64,000 nucleotides of DNA from Paraphysomonas bandaiensis. Taxonomy: Eukaryota; Protista; Chrysophyceae. This document shows positions 53,743 through 64,000 of this stretch, one piece after another. The notes under the pieces were generated by a model. That model was not told the origin of the DNA. It made no database searches and saw only the letters and a program-made list of their open reading frames with translations. Positions within the stretch are counted from its first letter, which is position 1; every line of letters begins with the position of its first letter. The position numbers and the translations under genes are program-made. Where the stretch lies: NCBI GenBank assembly GCA_965644295.1, contig CBFFRP010000125.1, positions 62,001 to 126,000 of the forward strand, given 5' to 3'.

Positions 53743-55282
53743 TATGGCTGTACACAGCTCAGAGTAAAAATGGATGTGCTTCAGACTCTATTATAGTATG
53801 CAGCTTATATAAAAATTGAGTATACTGCAGATGTTAAATTTTAGATTCGATTTCTGCCACATTGCGATACGAAGTATGGCTTATATACCTGAGCGAGGTA
53901 AATCCGATATTTCCATCATTGGGTTGGCACTCTTGCACTGATGAAGCAGACATGTCGTAAGCGGCCCAGGGGCCGAGAAAAAGCTCGATAAGTTACTGCC
54001 AAGTACTTAAGGCAACCAATGGACTAAATGTGTCACATTTGCTCATGTGGAGTTGAGAAGGACCAGGGATTTATACACACGATATATTCGAAGTTGCATG
54101 TACATATGAATAATATTTTACCCTAGCTTCGACTTTGAATTTTTTGCTGTTTACGATGTTATATTACTGGGTAAATTTTTGGTGTTGTATAGGATGTGGG
54201 TCTCTGTTTACGTAAATATAATACTTGATATTATCATTCAATCGTGTGTGTTTGAATAGTATTGTATTGATCGATGATGTTTTTTGTTAGTGTTTCATCA
54301 CTATATTCTACCTAGTACTAAAATATATTAGCATACATAGTATTACTAGAAGTCGACTCATAGCAGAGTTTCAAGTCAATTATTGGCGTAAGTGGCGGTT
54401 GTGGTAGATCGATCATAAAAGTAAGGTACACGCTTCTGATAAGGAAATAGTGGGCGCATCGCGCAAAAGAGATGAAATGTACAGACAATGGGAGGGCTTA
54501 CATTGCTTTTATATTACAATCTCAGTATATTTACAAGGCATATCCCTAAGGAATTTCTCCTCTTTCTCTACCATTTTCCACTCCATGTAACGCCCACTGT
54601 AAACAGCCTGTTTCCCTCTACAGAGTCGGACTCACACCTTCAAAGTAACAGTGCCAATTCAAAACTTTCATCACCGTAACTATTAAAAAGAAACGGTGAA
54701 TATATATTATATATTATACCGCATATAATATACTATACAAGATCAACTTTACACACAACGTAAGCTCAATTCAACTTCATATTTATTAAGCTACTGAAAT
54801 AAATCAGCTATCCCTTAACAACATTATAATACCATATGATATATAAAGAGAATTCGAAAGCAAGAAGATTTGAAGGAAAATATCAATATGATGTATAGCA
54901 ATCGTTGTGTAAGAATTAAAGACATAGAAATTAGGCGGACAGATCATTGCGTTGCACAGCCAAGTGTCTATATGTGCGTAATAGCAGTAAATCCTGCATT
55001 CTTCAATATCGTCATCTGTTCATCATTTTCGATGAAGCTGCTTTCATAATTACCAGTATTTTCATTCGAAGCTAGTTGAAATGAGAATAAATCCGTACAC
55101 AGTTGTTGGCAAGATTTCAGAAATCACATAACAAAAAGAGTCTCAAGATACCTACGATTACACAACGCTGAAATAATGCATAGCTCACATAAACACTGTT
55201 TGATATGTACACATTTATATAGCTTTTTCCCCCACCTTTCCTTTCATCAATTACTATTACCATATACAGTAAACTATTAAAT

Positions 55283-56287
55283 TTACTGTAGCTGCAATAC
55301 AGCAACAACAGCCATGTGATCAGACGCTGGGGGCCACCCACCCCTAGAATTATTCACAAATGCAGCGACCACACGGAAACGCTCCCACCTATTACTTACT
55401 TCTATTTCATCTGAAAGGTTTGTACACAATTTACTATCCCTAACACTCTGTATATGGGCCAGTAGAGGAGCATTAGTTGTTATGTAGTCAATTGTTCGAC
55501 TTGGCTATCGAGCATTACCATCAGTTACTCGATGTGCTATAAATACAACAGGGGCTTACCCGATTCTCTTCTTCTATACTAGATGGACGAATCGGATGTG
55601 TTACTGGAGGCATTAGATGAAGACTCTCGAACACATCATGCAGCGCCAAGGTGGGTAAACTGTGGGTCGCCGTACCTGTCATGAGAGGCGAACGATTTCC
55701 CAATCTCAACACGCGCAAGGGATGGAAATCTTCATTGAAGTCACCAGCAAACACAACAGGCTCAAGCGGATTCTCCATTATGCTACTCAAGTACTCTAAT
55801 ACTCTTCGAGCACATTCGATTCTGGGATTAATGCCAGTTGTGATTTCTGTCTCAGTTCCACACCACGGAAAGTGTGCTGTGCTATAGCATTGATATTCAG
55901 CTACCAGTCACTCATATATAACAAATAAGACCTGACAATGAACGAAATATCTGGTCTTGAACGAAGTCTAAATCTAGCCCAGAATAATCCCCTTCTGGGA
56001 TAGTCAGCGATATGCAACGACTGAAATCCATGCTCTATTTTATCGATGATTCTCTCATCCCACAGTATATTACTCTCTAACTCCCATGAATTAATATGTG
56101 TATGATATGGTAATGCATCACATATAATCTTTAAGTTATCAGGTGTGACTTCCTGGAACACTGCTATATCTGGTGCAATGGTGCTTACTGTATTCCGCAA
56201 TACGGGAATTCTTTCAGGAAAGAAATTGTTTCCCCATATATTGAATGTCATTACAGACACACGACAAGGAAGTGTGGGCCCTTCCAT
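55283..56287 (-). CDS. Endonuclease/exonuclease/phosphatase (EEP, DNase I-like) family protein, multi-exon
   Basis: The full motif set appears in order across exons: 'VMTFNIW', 'DIAVFQEV', 'TAHFPW', 'VFAGDFNE', 'RTIDYI', 'ASDHMAVVA'. Stop at 55283-55285. Confidence 0.88.
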
Positions 56288-56306
56288 ACGATAGAGTAGC
56301 TATGAA

Positions 56307-56327
56307 TATATATATATATATATATAT
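56307..56327. repeat. (TA)n microsatellite
   Basis: A run of about ten TA units just upstream of the EEP gene start. Confidence 0.8.
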
Positions 56328-56738
56328 GCAGTCAGTGACTTCATACACTTCATTTCACTGTACACAGCTGCTGTGTTGATAAGATCCCATATACCAGTAT
56401 ACAGTATGCTTGATAGGGTATAGAAATTCCTACAGAAAATACATAGAAATACCGACTGAGTTTTCGTCCAATCAGATTGATTCTTTTCTCTAATTTTAAC
56501 CAACAAATAACAGAGTCGATATCACGAATCGATGTATTTTATTGGATGATTCAGATATATTGTTTGCATCCATTGCTAAAAAGCAAGCCATATGTTTTAA
56601 CGATACACGTCCATGAAATTGATACAATCTGTATGGCTAGTCATTTCAACTTTTCCCTTGAGGAAACAATGGTACTTTGCTTTCAACATTGTTGCGTCAT
56701 GTCTATGAAATCATAGTAAATTGCAGCATATATCTTAC

Positions 56739-57671
56739 ATGGCATCCGTTACAGTTCAACAAGAACCACAAGAAAATTGGATATCATGGAATAGCTTGGA
56801 TACAGCATCGTACACTGGCTATCTCTCTGGAATATCACTTTTTAGTGGGATACTTACTTATCCATTTTACGTATTGACCACTCGGCAACAGGCAGGCACG
56901 AAAGTGACAGGGGATGTTCCCACGAGATACGGAGTTGGAATTAGACAAGCAGTCCAAAAGATAGGATGGCGGGGACTCTATCGAGGAGTTGTCATAAGCA
57001 ACGTCGTTTATATGCCCAGTAGTGTGGCGTATTTAGCAATTACAGAAATCTCGAGAGAGCATATTAACTCTTCACTACGTACTTTACTCCCTACGACCAG
57101 ACGAGAGTACACCGATCTCATACAAGTGATATGGAGCGGAATATTAGCAAATGGTGTAGCAATACTAATATCAAATCCTGTAAATTGCATAGTATCTAAA
57201 GTAATTGTTCAGAAGAAAGGAGAGAATCTCAACTTTATAGAGATGACCAGGTATACGTATCGATTATTTGGAATTAAAGGCTTCATGCATGGGTTTGGAT
57301 GTAACTTCGTTCATGGAACTGTTGGAAGTGCGGTTTGGTGGTGGAGTTACGTTACCAGTAGGCGCCATACGACCCACTATATGCACGAAAAACACAATCT
57401 TTCGAATCCATTCTATGTAGATGCATTTTCTGGCTGTGTTGCCGGATTTCTGTCAACTGTAATGGTTCACCCTATCGATACTATAGCCTCTAAAGTCATG
57501 ACAGGAGCAACAAAAAGTACAACTTTAGTCAGTGCAATTGTAGAGGTTACACATAGAGACGGTTTTCGTGCACTATGGAAGGGAATAGTGCCAAGTATGG
57601 CTGGTACAGCAGCTACATCTTGTGTGTTTGCTCTATCGTACGAATTCATTAAGCAATCTTCTTTAATCTAG
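56739..57671 (+). CDS. Mitochondrial carrier family protein, SLC25A44-like
   Basis: Three carrier repeats (YPFYVLTTRQQ; NPVNCIVSK; HPIDTIASK) with 'GWRGLYRG', 'GIKGFMHG' and 'GFRALWKG'. The N-terminal 'ISWNSLD' and the 'SAVWW' motif resemble SLC25A44. First ATG at 56739. Confidence 0.85.
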   Translation: MASVTVQQEPQENWISWNSLDTASYTGYLSGISLFSGILTYPFYVLTTRQQAGTKVTGDVPTRYGVGIRQAVQKIGWRGLYRGVVISNVVYMPSSVAYLAITEISREHINSSLRTLLPTTRREYTDLIQVIWSGILANGVAILISNPVNCIVSKVIVQKKGENLNFIEMTRYTYRLFGIKGFMHGFGCNFVHGTVGSAVWWWSYVTSRRHTTHYMHEKHNLSNPFYVDAFSGCVAGFLSTVMVHPIDTIASKVMTGATKSTTLVSAIVEVTHRDGFRALWKGIVPSMAGTAATSCVFALSYEFIKQSSLI

Positions 57672-57943
57672 CTTATAATATTTTAATATGTGATAGAAAC
57701 CTTAATATTTTGTTATCAGACATTAATAATTGCTTCTATATTGTAGTCAAGTAGTATGGAATTAATTCGCTGAAGAAAAAGCTCTGTATGGAATTAACAC
57801 TAGCTCTACTAACAATTTAAATATTTTGCTTCGCAAATACTATGACAATCGCAATCGGCAAGCTACATTTTCGTACTTTTAGATACAGATAATATCAATC
57901 CACGTGACGTTTTCAAAATATACTCCAGCGTAATGATTTGTAC

Positions 57944-58158
57944 CAGAGATAGGGAACAATACATTGTACTACAATACATTGTGCAATATATTGTATATTG
58001 ATTGGTGGACTGGTCAAATATTCCATCAATATTGTTTCTGTTAAAGTAGCTCACAATATATTGCAATAGTATTGTAGGGCCGGTTTAAAAACTCCATCAA
58101 TACTATTGATGGAACGCTATCTAACAATAGTATTGCAATATATTTTTCCCTATCCCTG
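57944..58158. mobile_element. 215-bp non-autonomous DNA transposon (MITE), hAT-like
   Basis: Left end CAGAGATAGGGAACAATACATTG matches the reverse complement of the right end, CAGGGATAGGGAAAAATATATTG. Flanks are an 8-bp direct repeat, ATTTGTAC (57936-57943) / ATTAGTAC (58159-58166). CAATA(T/C)ATTG motifs are reiterated internally. Confidence 0.8.
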
Positions 58159-58221
58159 ATTAGTACTAAATATGGAATCTAAACAAGTGTTAAATTGCTG
58201 AATAACGATACTACTGTATTC

Positions 58222-58323
58222 TGTATTGCAATAGTATTATTGGGTCGGTTTAAAAACTCCATTAATATTCTTCGTGAGACGCTATCTAACAATAGTGTTG
58301 TAATATATTGTTTCCTACCCCTG
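58222..58323. mobile_element. Diverged partial (right-half) copy of the same MITE family
   Basis: 'attgcaatagtatt....gg.cggtttaaaaactccat.aata...acgctatctaacaatagt.ttg.aatatatt.tt.ccta.ccctg' is shared with 58060-58158. Confidence 0.75.
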
Positions 58324-58604
58324 GAGTGTGCCATAGTGAACAATATCAAGAGAAACACACACGTAGCTCTCCAACGTCCTGTGTGTGTAAACATCATGCC
58401 AGGCTATAGTTGCCAATAGTGAGCATTGTAGTACTCACTGATCTTTCAATCATTTTATGATTTGCCTATAACTACACTACAGACTCAGAAGTAAAATGAC
58501 GGCCTTTTTCACAGCTATATATTTTAAATTATGTTTGAATACACCACGAACAAAGACGTTACTAATAGTAATCTAAACAACTTAACTCAAATACAAGGAT
58601 CGAT

Positions 58605-61600
58605 TTACTCTTCATCCGGAATTAATTCTTCCAGAAGCTCACGAACGAAATCTGCACGACTGGGGACTTTTTCCAATTCTTCCTCTTGCGTTCTCGTAAG
58701 TGTGAATACTTTACTCAAATCGCTGTTATCCATTGAGAGTGCTCGAAGCTGCACTCCAAACTCCAGCTGGATTAACTGTGTTAGATAGTGTTGTCCATGT
58801 ATGAGCATCCCAGATCGGTGCAGCGTCGTTTTTTGAATACTGTCCACTGCTTTCGTCAAACCGGCGCTAACAATTTCTCTTGTTGCATCAGCAGCCACGT
58901 CCTGAGGCGATGTTGGGCGACGCTTAGGTGCAGCAGAGTCCACTGACACAATCCTTTTTGGCACAGGCCTTTGTACAGACACTTTAGGTGTTTCTTCTTT
59001 AGGTTCTTCTTGTGGAAGCTCTTCTTTTGTCTCTAAAATTGGGTCGGGAGCAGGCGACAATCTCTTTGTCTCTGTCTTCGCTTCCGGTCTTTTATCTTTA
59101 GATTTCAATTGCTTAGTTGTCGTAGACTGCGGTGAATCATGCGGGCTGAGTGATCTCGTCTTAGGGGTGCCACTTCCTTTAGGGCTATTGGGATATGATG
59201 ACTTTGGCGTCATTGTCGCACTACCAGTTGCAGACAGCAAACCTCCACGGTTTTTCTTGCCTACTCTACTCTGAGGGGAGTTTGATAAAGCATTTTTGGA
59301 CGAGTGCTGGCGCTTGGAGGTCAACGGGTTAAGGGGGGTTGTTTTCGGCACCCCTTTCTTCTGCTTCAGCGTAGATGCTGCAATTCCAGCATTAGCCACC
59401 TCCTCGGTCGACTCCGCATTGGCTGCATCCATAGATTGTACCATTCCCAGGGTCTCTCGCAAGAACTCTGCATGCTTCTTTGCCGACTCGTCTCCGGTGT
59501 CGGACAAGCCGGTCACATGGGTTGATGATGAGGCTTGAGAAGCTATACTCTTTTCCGCCAAACTGTTACCACGCGAGAAACTCCGACTGACCTGTCTGGA
59601 GAGTGACTTCTGGCGAATGAGCTTTACCTCTTTTGTGTGCGCCGCCTGTGTCTTGCCAATATACTTCATTTGCTCCTTATATACCCCAAATTTGTCATAA
59701 TGATTATCTCCCTGTCTGCCATACGTGGACGATCCAAAGAGACTATCTGACTTTTGGGAGGCCTTCGAGGTAAGAACACCACTAGCCTCATCCGCCATGG
59801 AGAGCTTCTGTTGCGAAGTAATAAGGTGCATGAGTGGGTGCTGATCGCGTAGTTGAGGGTTCTTTGCAATTTCTTTAAAGAATATTCTCTCCCGTTCAGC
59901 CACCATGCGGCGGATATCCTCCTGTGAGTAACTCTGATTCACTGCACTCGCACTTGCAGATACAGAATGAAGCTGAGGGGCTGAAGCAGATCGGTCAACA
60001 GTGGACACTGAGTGCAGGCCAGTATCCTTTTTCCTAAACAGTTCCATGGAGTCAGATTCATTGCGTATAGATCGAGGAACAGTCGGCTGTTCTCGAGCAT
60101 CAGTACTGCGAAGACCAATGGCATTCTCCTTCGCTGTGAGGTGATTCTCACTGGGATCCATGTGACTCGACCACGCCACTGATGGCTGTCTGCCTGCCTT
60201 GCTCTTTGTTCGTGTGTGAATAGAGCTCATCGCCCGCCAATCAGCGCTACTTGGTCGGGCCACTGACTGGGATGACTGAAGACTGCGCTGGTATACCGAA
60301 CCATCTGTAGTGGCAAAAAGTTTGGTGAGATCTTGCCCCACACGTAACAACATCGTCGTGAACTCGGCATACACCAGATAACAGTTTTCACACAGCGTTA
60401 CTGTCTTGTACAAAAAAAGAGGGTCTTTTTTGCACTGCTGAAAACTCTTAGCAGATAATTTAGGATGAATGTACCTCAATATGGGGGGAATACGCAGCTC
60501 ATCTGACTCAAGAGGTTTCGTTAGATCCATCTTCCTAGACTTACCTAGGTAGTCGTCCGCGGAAGCCATATGCAGACAACCAAACCCAACTCCTCCAGCT
60601 GCCTCAATGATCTCATCCTTAGGTGGCCATCGAAGCTGAACACCTGGGTCCGACATCTCAACTATAAGATGCAATACATGTTCATAGTGCTTAATAATAG
60701 TTTTGTAATGCATCGGGTGTCGTAGGTCCTCTAGACATTTGTTTCCGCAGCTCACACACCGCACCTCCTTCTTGGTTTTTAGTTTATCGTAAGATCTATT
60801 GGGGTTCAAATGCACTGTGGGAGGCAGACCAAGGACGCTGTCGATATTTACCAATGATGAATTCGGAACTGATTCTTGACCAAAGGAAGTTGGAGGTGTG
60901 CAGCAGCGGATGGATGTTGTGTACAACAGCCACACCTTATCTCGGGAGTCTACTTTTAAGTTCAGAACTAATCGCGATACTTGACTCTGCGCAAACGTGA
61001 CCTCCGATATATGGGACACCACAGCTTCACATATGCGTTGCACTTGTCCGGCTAGTACAGGCCCTCTCAGTGGAGCAGATACACTGTAGAACTCCGGCCC
61101 TTCGTATGTCACACAGCGCTCATAGAGGCCGTAACGCTGGTCATGTAAATGGTGAATATTTTCCGCGCGTTCCAAAAGGCAAACTTTTGGTGACCATATT
61201 GCTCGAATCGTTTCATTTTTGGTACCTTTGGGCTCGATGAATCTCTGCAATATACCGTTGTTCGATTCCCACCTATCATATAAAAATGCCTGAAATGCTT
61301 TGCGATCCATATACTCAATGGTATTAGACGCTGCCTTCTTATCCACCTTTTCACCTGGAGGAGCAGTAGCAAATGACACAAATGTTGCAATGACGTCGTA
61401 TCCCAACACATGTTTCGTGAATGCATCTTCGATCCGAGCATTCAGAAGGTTATTCCTGTTCTTTTTCTTAATTTTCCCATTCGATGATGTGAAATACCAT
61501 GTTACAGGCTGACCATACTTGAAAATGACTGTATCTGGAATATTGATGGATGGGCCAAAATTCAGCTCATCCTTCATCCACAATAAGTTAAAAAACTCCT

Positions 61601-61652
61601 CGCTAATTCCATCCGTCTCAATTGTGGTTTTGGCAGCATTTCCGTCTGCCAT
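58605..61652 (-). CDS. Uncharacterised 1015-aa protein: ordered N-terminal domain (possibly ATP-grasp-like), two CxxC motifs, low-complexity C-terminal half
   Basis: Uninterrupted ORF from an ATG. Motifs 'IPDTVIFKYG', 'NGILQRFIEPKG', 'IRAIWSP', 'LYERCVTYEGPE', 'CVSC' and 'LCENCY'; S/P/K-rich tail. Confidence 0.8.
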   Translation of the reverse strand: MADGNAAKTTIETDGISEEFFNLLWMKDELNFGPSINIPDTVIFKYGQPVTWYFTSSNGKIKKKNRNNLLNARIEDAFTKHVLGYDVIATFVSFATAPPGEKVDKKAASNTIEYMDRKAFQAFLYDRWESNNGILQRFIEPKGTKNETIRAIWSPKVCLLERAENIHHLHDQRYGLYERCVTYEGPEFYSVSAPLRGPVLAGQVQRICEAVVSHISEVTFAQSQVSRLVLNLKVDSRDKVWLLYTTSIRCCTPPTSFGQESVPNSSLVNIDSVLGLPPTVHLNPNRSYDKLKTKKEVRCVSCGNKCLEDLRHPMHYKTIIKHYEHVLHLIVEMSDPGVQLRWPPKDEIIEAAGGVGFGCLHMASADDYLGKSRKMDLTKPLESDELRIPPILRYIHPKLSAKSFQQCKKDPLFLYKTVTLCENCYLVYAEFTTMLLRVGQDLTKLFATTDGSVYQRSLQSSQSVARPSSADWRAMSSIHTRTKSKAGRQPSVAWSSHMDPSENHLTAKENAIGLRSTDAREQPTVPRSIRNESDSMELFRKKDTGLHSVSTVDRSASAPQLHSVSASASAVNQSYSQEDIRRMVAERERIFFKEIAKNPQLRDQHPLMHLITSQQKLSMADEASGVLTSKASQKSDSLFGSSTYGRQGDNHYDKFGVYKEQMKYIGKTQAAHTKEVKLIRQKSLSRQVSRSFSRGNSLAEKSIASQASSSTHVTGLSDTGDESAKKHAEFLRETLGMVQSMDAANAESTEEVANAGIAASTLKQKKGVPKTTPLNPLTSKRQHSSKNALSNSPQSRVGKKNRGGLLSATGSATMTPKSSYPNSPKGSGTPKTRSLSPHDSPQSTTTKQLKSKDKRPEAKTETKRLSPAPDPILETKEELPQEEPKEETPKVSVQRPVPKRIVSVDSAAPKRRPTSPQDVAADATREIVSAGLTKAVDSIQKTTLHRSGMLIHGQHYLTQLIQLEFGVQLRALSMDNSDLSKVFTLTRTQEEELEKVPSRADFVRELLEELIPDEE

Positions 61653-62172
61653 ACCACTTATTCAAGCACTGACAAAAGCTACCAGTAAAATAAACGCAAT
61701 AATTGCGTAGAGAATATTATAACTAAATGTAAGTATGGATATATACGTAATGAGCCAGATGGTAAATGGCAATTAAGTTAAACAGGCAGGCATTAACTGC
61801 AAGGGAGTGTGTGTATATATAGACCTCTACGATCATGCATCCGTTTCATATCCCTCTTGAACTGTTGTACTACTGCTGTAGTTGATGCTGTATACTGTGG
61901 GGGTATAGAGACTGTATTTGTGAATATACTGCTTGGTATATTATGGTATAGAGAACTTGTGTTGCTCGAATCATATCCGTCAGATTGGATTATCTTGGAT
62001 TCCATTGGAAGCTATGGGAAGAATTCTAGAGTATTTCACTGTATTCTGCCCCACCCTATCTATGTATATACGCCAATATATTGTAAGTCTACGTACTTCT
62101 AGTCTCTGAATATATCATACAATCTTCTCGGCTACATCTAGACTCCACCAACACCAGTCGCTTACTGGGAAA

Positions 62173-62852
62173 ATGCTGTCGATACACAGTGTTTTATTTA
62201 GATGTTTTCTATTGATTTCTATATTATCATCAGTAGTTTCGAAGAAAAACAGTGCTGTAGATGTCCCATCACTCACCTCAGCCAATGCTGATGAATTTCT
62301 TTCTAAAAAACTTGTTTTGATTGAATTTTATGCTCCATGGTATGTACATATATGTGAAGACTCTATATGTTGTTAGCTACTGTCAGGTGTGGTGCATGTC
62401 AGAATTTTGAGAGGACTTATACCTTGATTGCAAAAGCACTTCAGCCTGATGGCTTCGTCGTTGTTAAAGTGAATATTGACGAAAATCAAGCACTTGCTTC
62501 ACGGTTTGCTCTACGTCACATCCCGGCGGTGTACCTTATTCGCGAGGGTAGCACTTACAGTTATGATGGACCAACCACTTTCGACGCGGTTGTCAACTTT
62601 GCCAGGTCAGAGTATCGTGAATCGCAGCCTATATCATACCTGGTGAGTCCCATGGGGCCCATAGGAATAGCGAAAGGGATGCTGGTTCGGATTGGAATTG
62701 CTATGGTGAACATACAACCGTATATCATGGAGAAATTGGGATTGTCTCAATTTGCTTCGTATGCTATCACAGCGCTCACTTTTGGCTTCGTTCTTTTTTT
62801 GATCATATTTGTTGCAGTGTACATACACCTTTCACACGAGAAAATTGATTAA
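62173..62852 (+). CDS. Thioredoxin-related transmembrane protein (TMX-like PDI family)
   Basis: Signal-peptide-like N-terminus. Intron 62340-62386 joins 'EFYAPW' to 'CGAC'. cis-Pro motif 'RHIPAV', C-terminal TM helix and tail 'HEKID'. Confidence 0.9.
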
Positions 62853-63316
62853 ATGTATGGAGTATTAGTTACAGTTCAAGTTCGCTCTGGTTGTAATATA
62901 CATATGTTTGTGCAAAATAGAAAGTGTAGCCCTATTGTAACAGAACGAATGTATTGATAGTTGTACTTGAGTTGGCTTGGCATAGCTGAGCATTTTGTAC
63001 CAGCGTACTTGTGTTGAAATACCTTCCTACTGTGCGGACATATCATAACACGACTACTATGAATGGTTTAGGTTCATGTATGTGGTTTGAGTACTCTAGA
63101 AAGTACAACAGAGATATAAGCTACACACTGATGTCCTCATGTCGTATCCACCTATAATGCCTACAATAGTAATACCCGTCTTTAACCCATGCAGCCTAAT
63201 GCCTAATAGCCCGAATTTATTGACTTGCGTTATACATTCTACTATTGAGTAGCTACAAACACAATTCATATTTCTAGTGGGTTACGAAGGATAAGCGATA
63301 CAGAGAATTGACAACA

Positions 63317-64000
63317 TTAGTTGTTTCGACGCTTTATCGTGCTTTTGCGCATTAGAGTGTCTTTTCCTTGCCATAACTGATCACTCGCACTCATCAATCT
63401 AACACCTTTGTGATACGTAACAAACATCCAACGTGCCAAGTATACATGTAGACATATATACACACAGAGCAATATCCAAAATATCTTTGCATCAACTGAT
63501 CTCAAAGTGTTGTCATTTTCGAAAAGTCGGGGCACTACAGTAACTTCGATACCCAACAAAAACATTCCAAACAGCATAATTAACACGTATTTGTCCAGAA
63601 AAGTTAAATACGATATTGGGGGGAGCCCCTGGGAAGCCACAAACTTGAAAGCTACGGCAGTCAATATCATTGTCATCACAATCGCTAAACGGTCATTGAT
63701 TTCTTCTGGAGGAAGAGCAAAGCATGTTAAGGTAAGGCCACTGATTAAACTGAACGGTATCATGATATTCCAAATGTAGAATCCCGCCTTCCGGCGCACA
63801 GGCAGGGTCAGTGTGTAAGTCGGGTGCTGTGATGCTGTAAACGTATTGTTGGCCTCTGCTAAATCAAAGGGGTAATGCACTTCCCACTCAGGCATCATGT
63901 CCCCCACTCTCTGACTGATAGTGTTGCGATACTTCCATCCTCCAGCATCCTGAAGCGCGAAGTTCACAGAACGGAATGGTGCACAGCCATGCTCTTGCTC
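63317..64000 (-). CDS. Pentameric ligand-gated ion channel (pLGIC) subunit, transmembrane half; 5' part outside window
   Basis: Pre-M1/M1 'VRRKAGFYIWNIMIP', M2 'DRLAIVMTMILTAVAF', M2-M3 loop 'LPPISYLTFLDKY', a short M3-M4 loop, then M4. Confidence 0.9.
   Translation of the reverse strand, partial: EQEHGCAPFRSVNFALQDAGGWKYRNTISQRVGDMMPEWEVHYPFDLAEANNTFTASQHPTYTLTLPVRRKAGFYIWNIMIPFSLISGLTLTCFALPPEEINDRLAIVMTMILTAVAFKFVASQGLPPISYLTFLDKYVLIMLFGMFLLGIEVTVVPRLFENDNTLRSVDAKIFWILLCVYICLHVYLARWMFVTYHKGVRLMSASDQLWQGKDTLMRKSTIKRRNN

Noticed and set aside
53961-53990. Small GC-rich hairpins downstream of the IQ-ARM gene
   Set aside because: The stems are only 4-6 bp, with no tRNA/snoRNA features or element terminus.
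9247-64000. Functional cluster of transport genes (CorA, two carriers, IP3R-like channel, pLGIC)
   Set aside because: The genes are interspersed with unrelated ones in mixed orientation, and all belong to common families. Without synteny data there is no evidence for clustering.
1-64000. The many 60-140-aa ORFs antisense to or out of frame within real genes, and AT-rich intergenic ORFs
   Set aside because: They have no recognisable motifs and are expected by chance.

Overview
AT-rich, gene-dense eukaryotic DNA with very short GT-AG introns (mostly 44-70 bp). The gene content suggests a flagellated protist, possibly a stramenopile; that is inference. About 12 protein-coding genes can be supported: a CLASP C-terminus, a CCDC66/CSPP1-like coiled-coil protein with a 141-bp coding tandem array, a CorA-type Mg2+ transporter, a BC-box/LRR protein, two mitochondrial carriers, an IQ-ARM super-repeat protein, an EEP-family hydrolase, an uncharacterised 1015-aa protein, a TMX-like thioredoxin and a pentameric ligand-gated channel cut by the window edge. 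The centrepiece is one 29-kb minus-strand gene (16494-45508). Its ORF pieces join in frame across 11 short introns to give a ~9,490-aa IP3-receptor/ryanodine-receptor-family channel. It keeps the IP3R ARM scaffold, RIH-associated domain, 6-TM pore and C2H2 motif. I could not recognise an N-terminal IP3-binding beta-trefoil or the canonical GGGxGD filter. It instead carries ~19 'ESxHP...FD...WG' CUB-like modules, ~5 SPRY, 2 LamG-like and ~3 SH3-like domains, some nested inside one another. A small hAT-type MITE and other element remnants sit in intergenic DNA. No rRNA, tRNA or CRISPR array was recognised.
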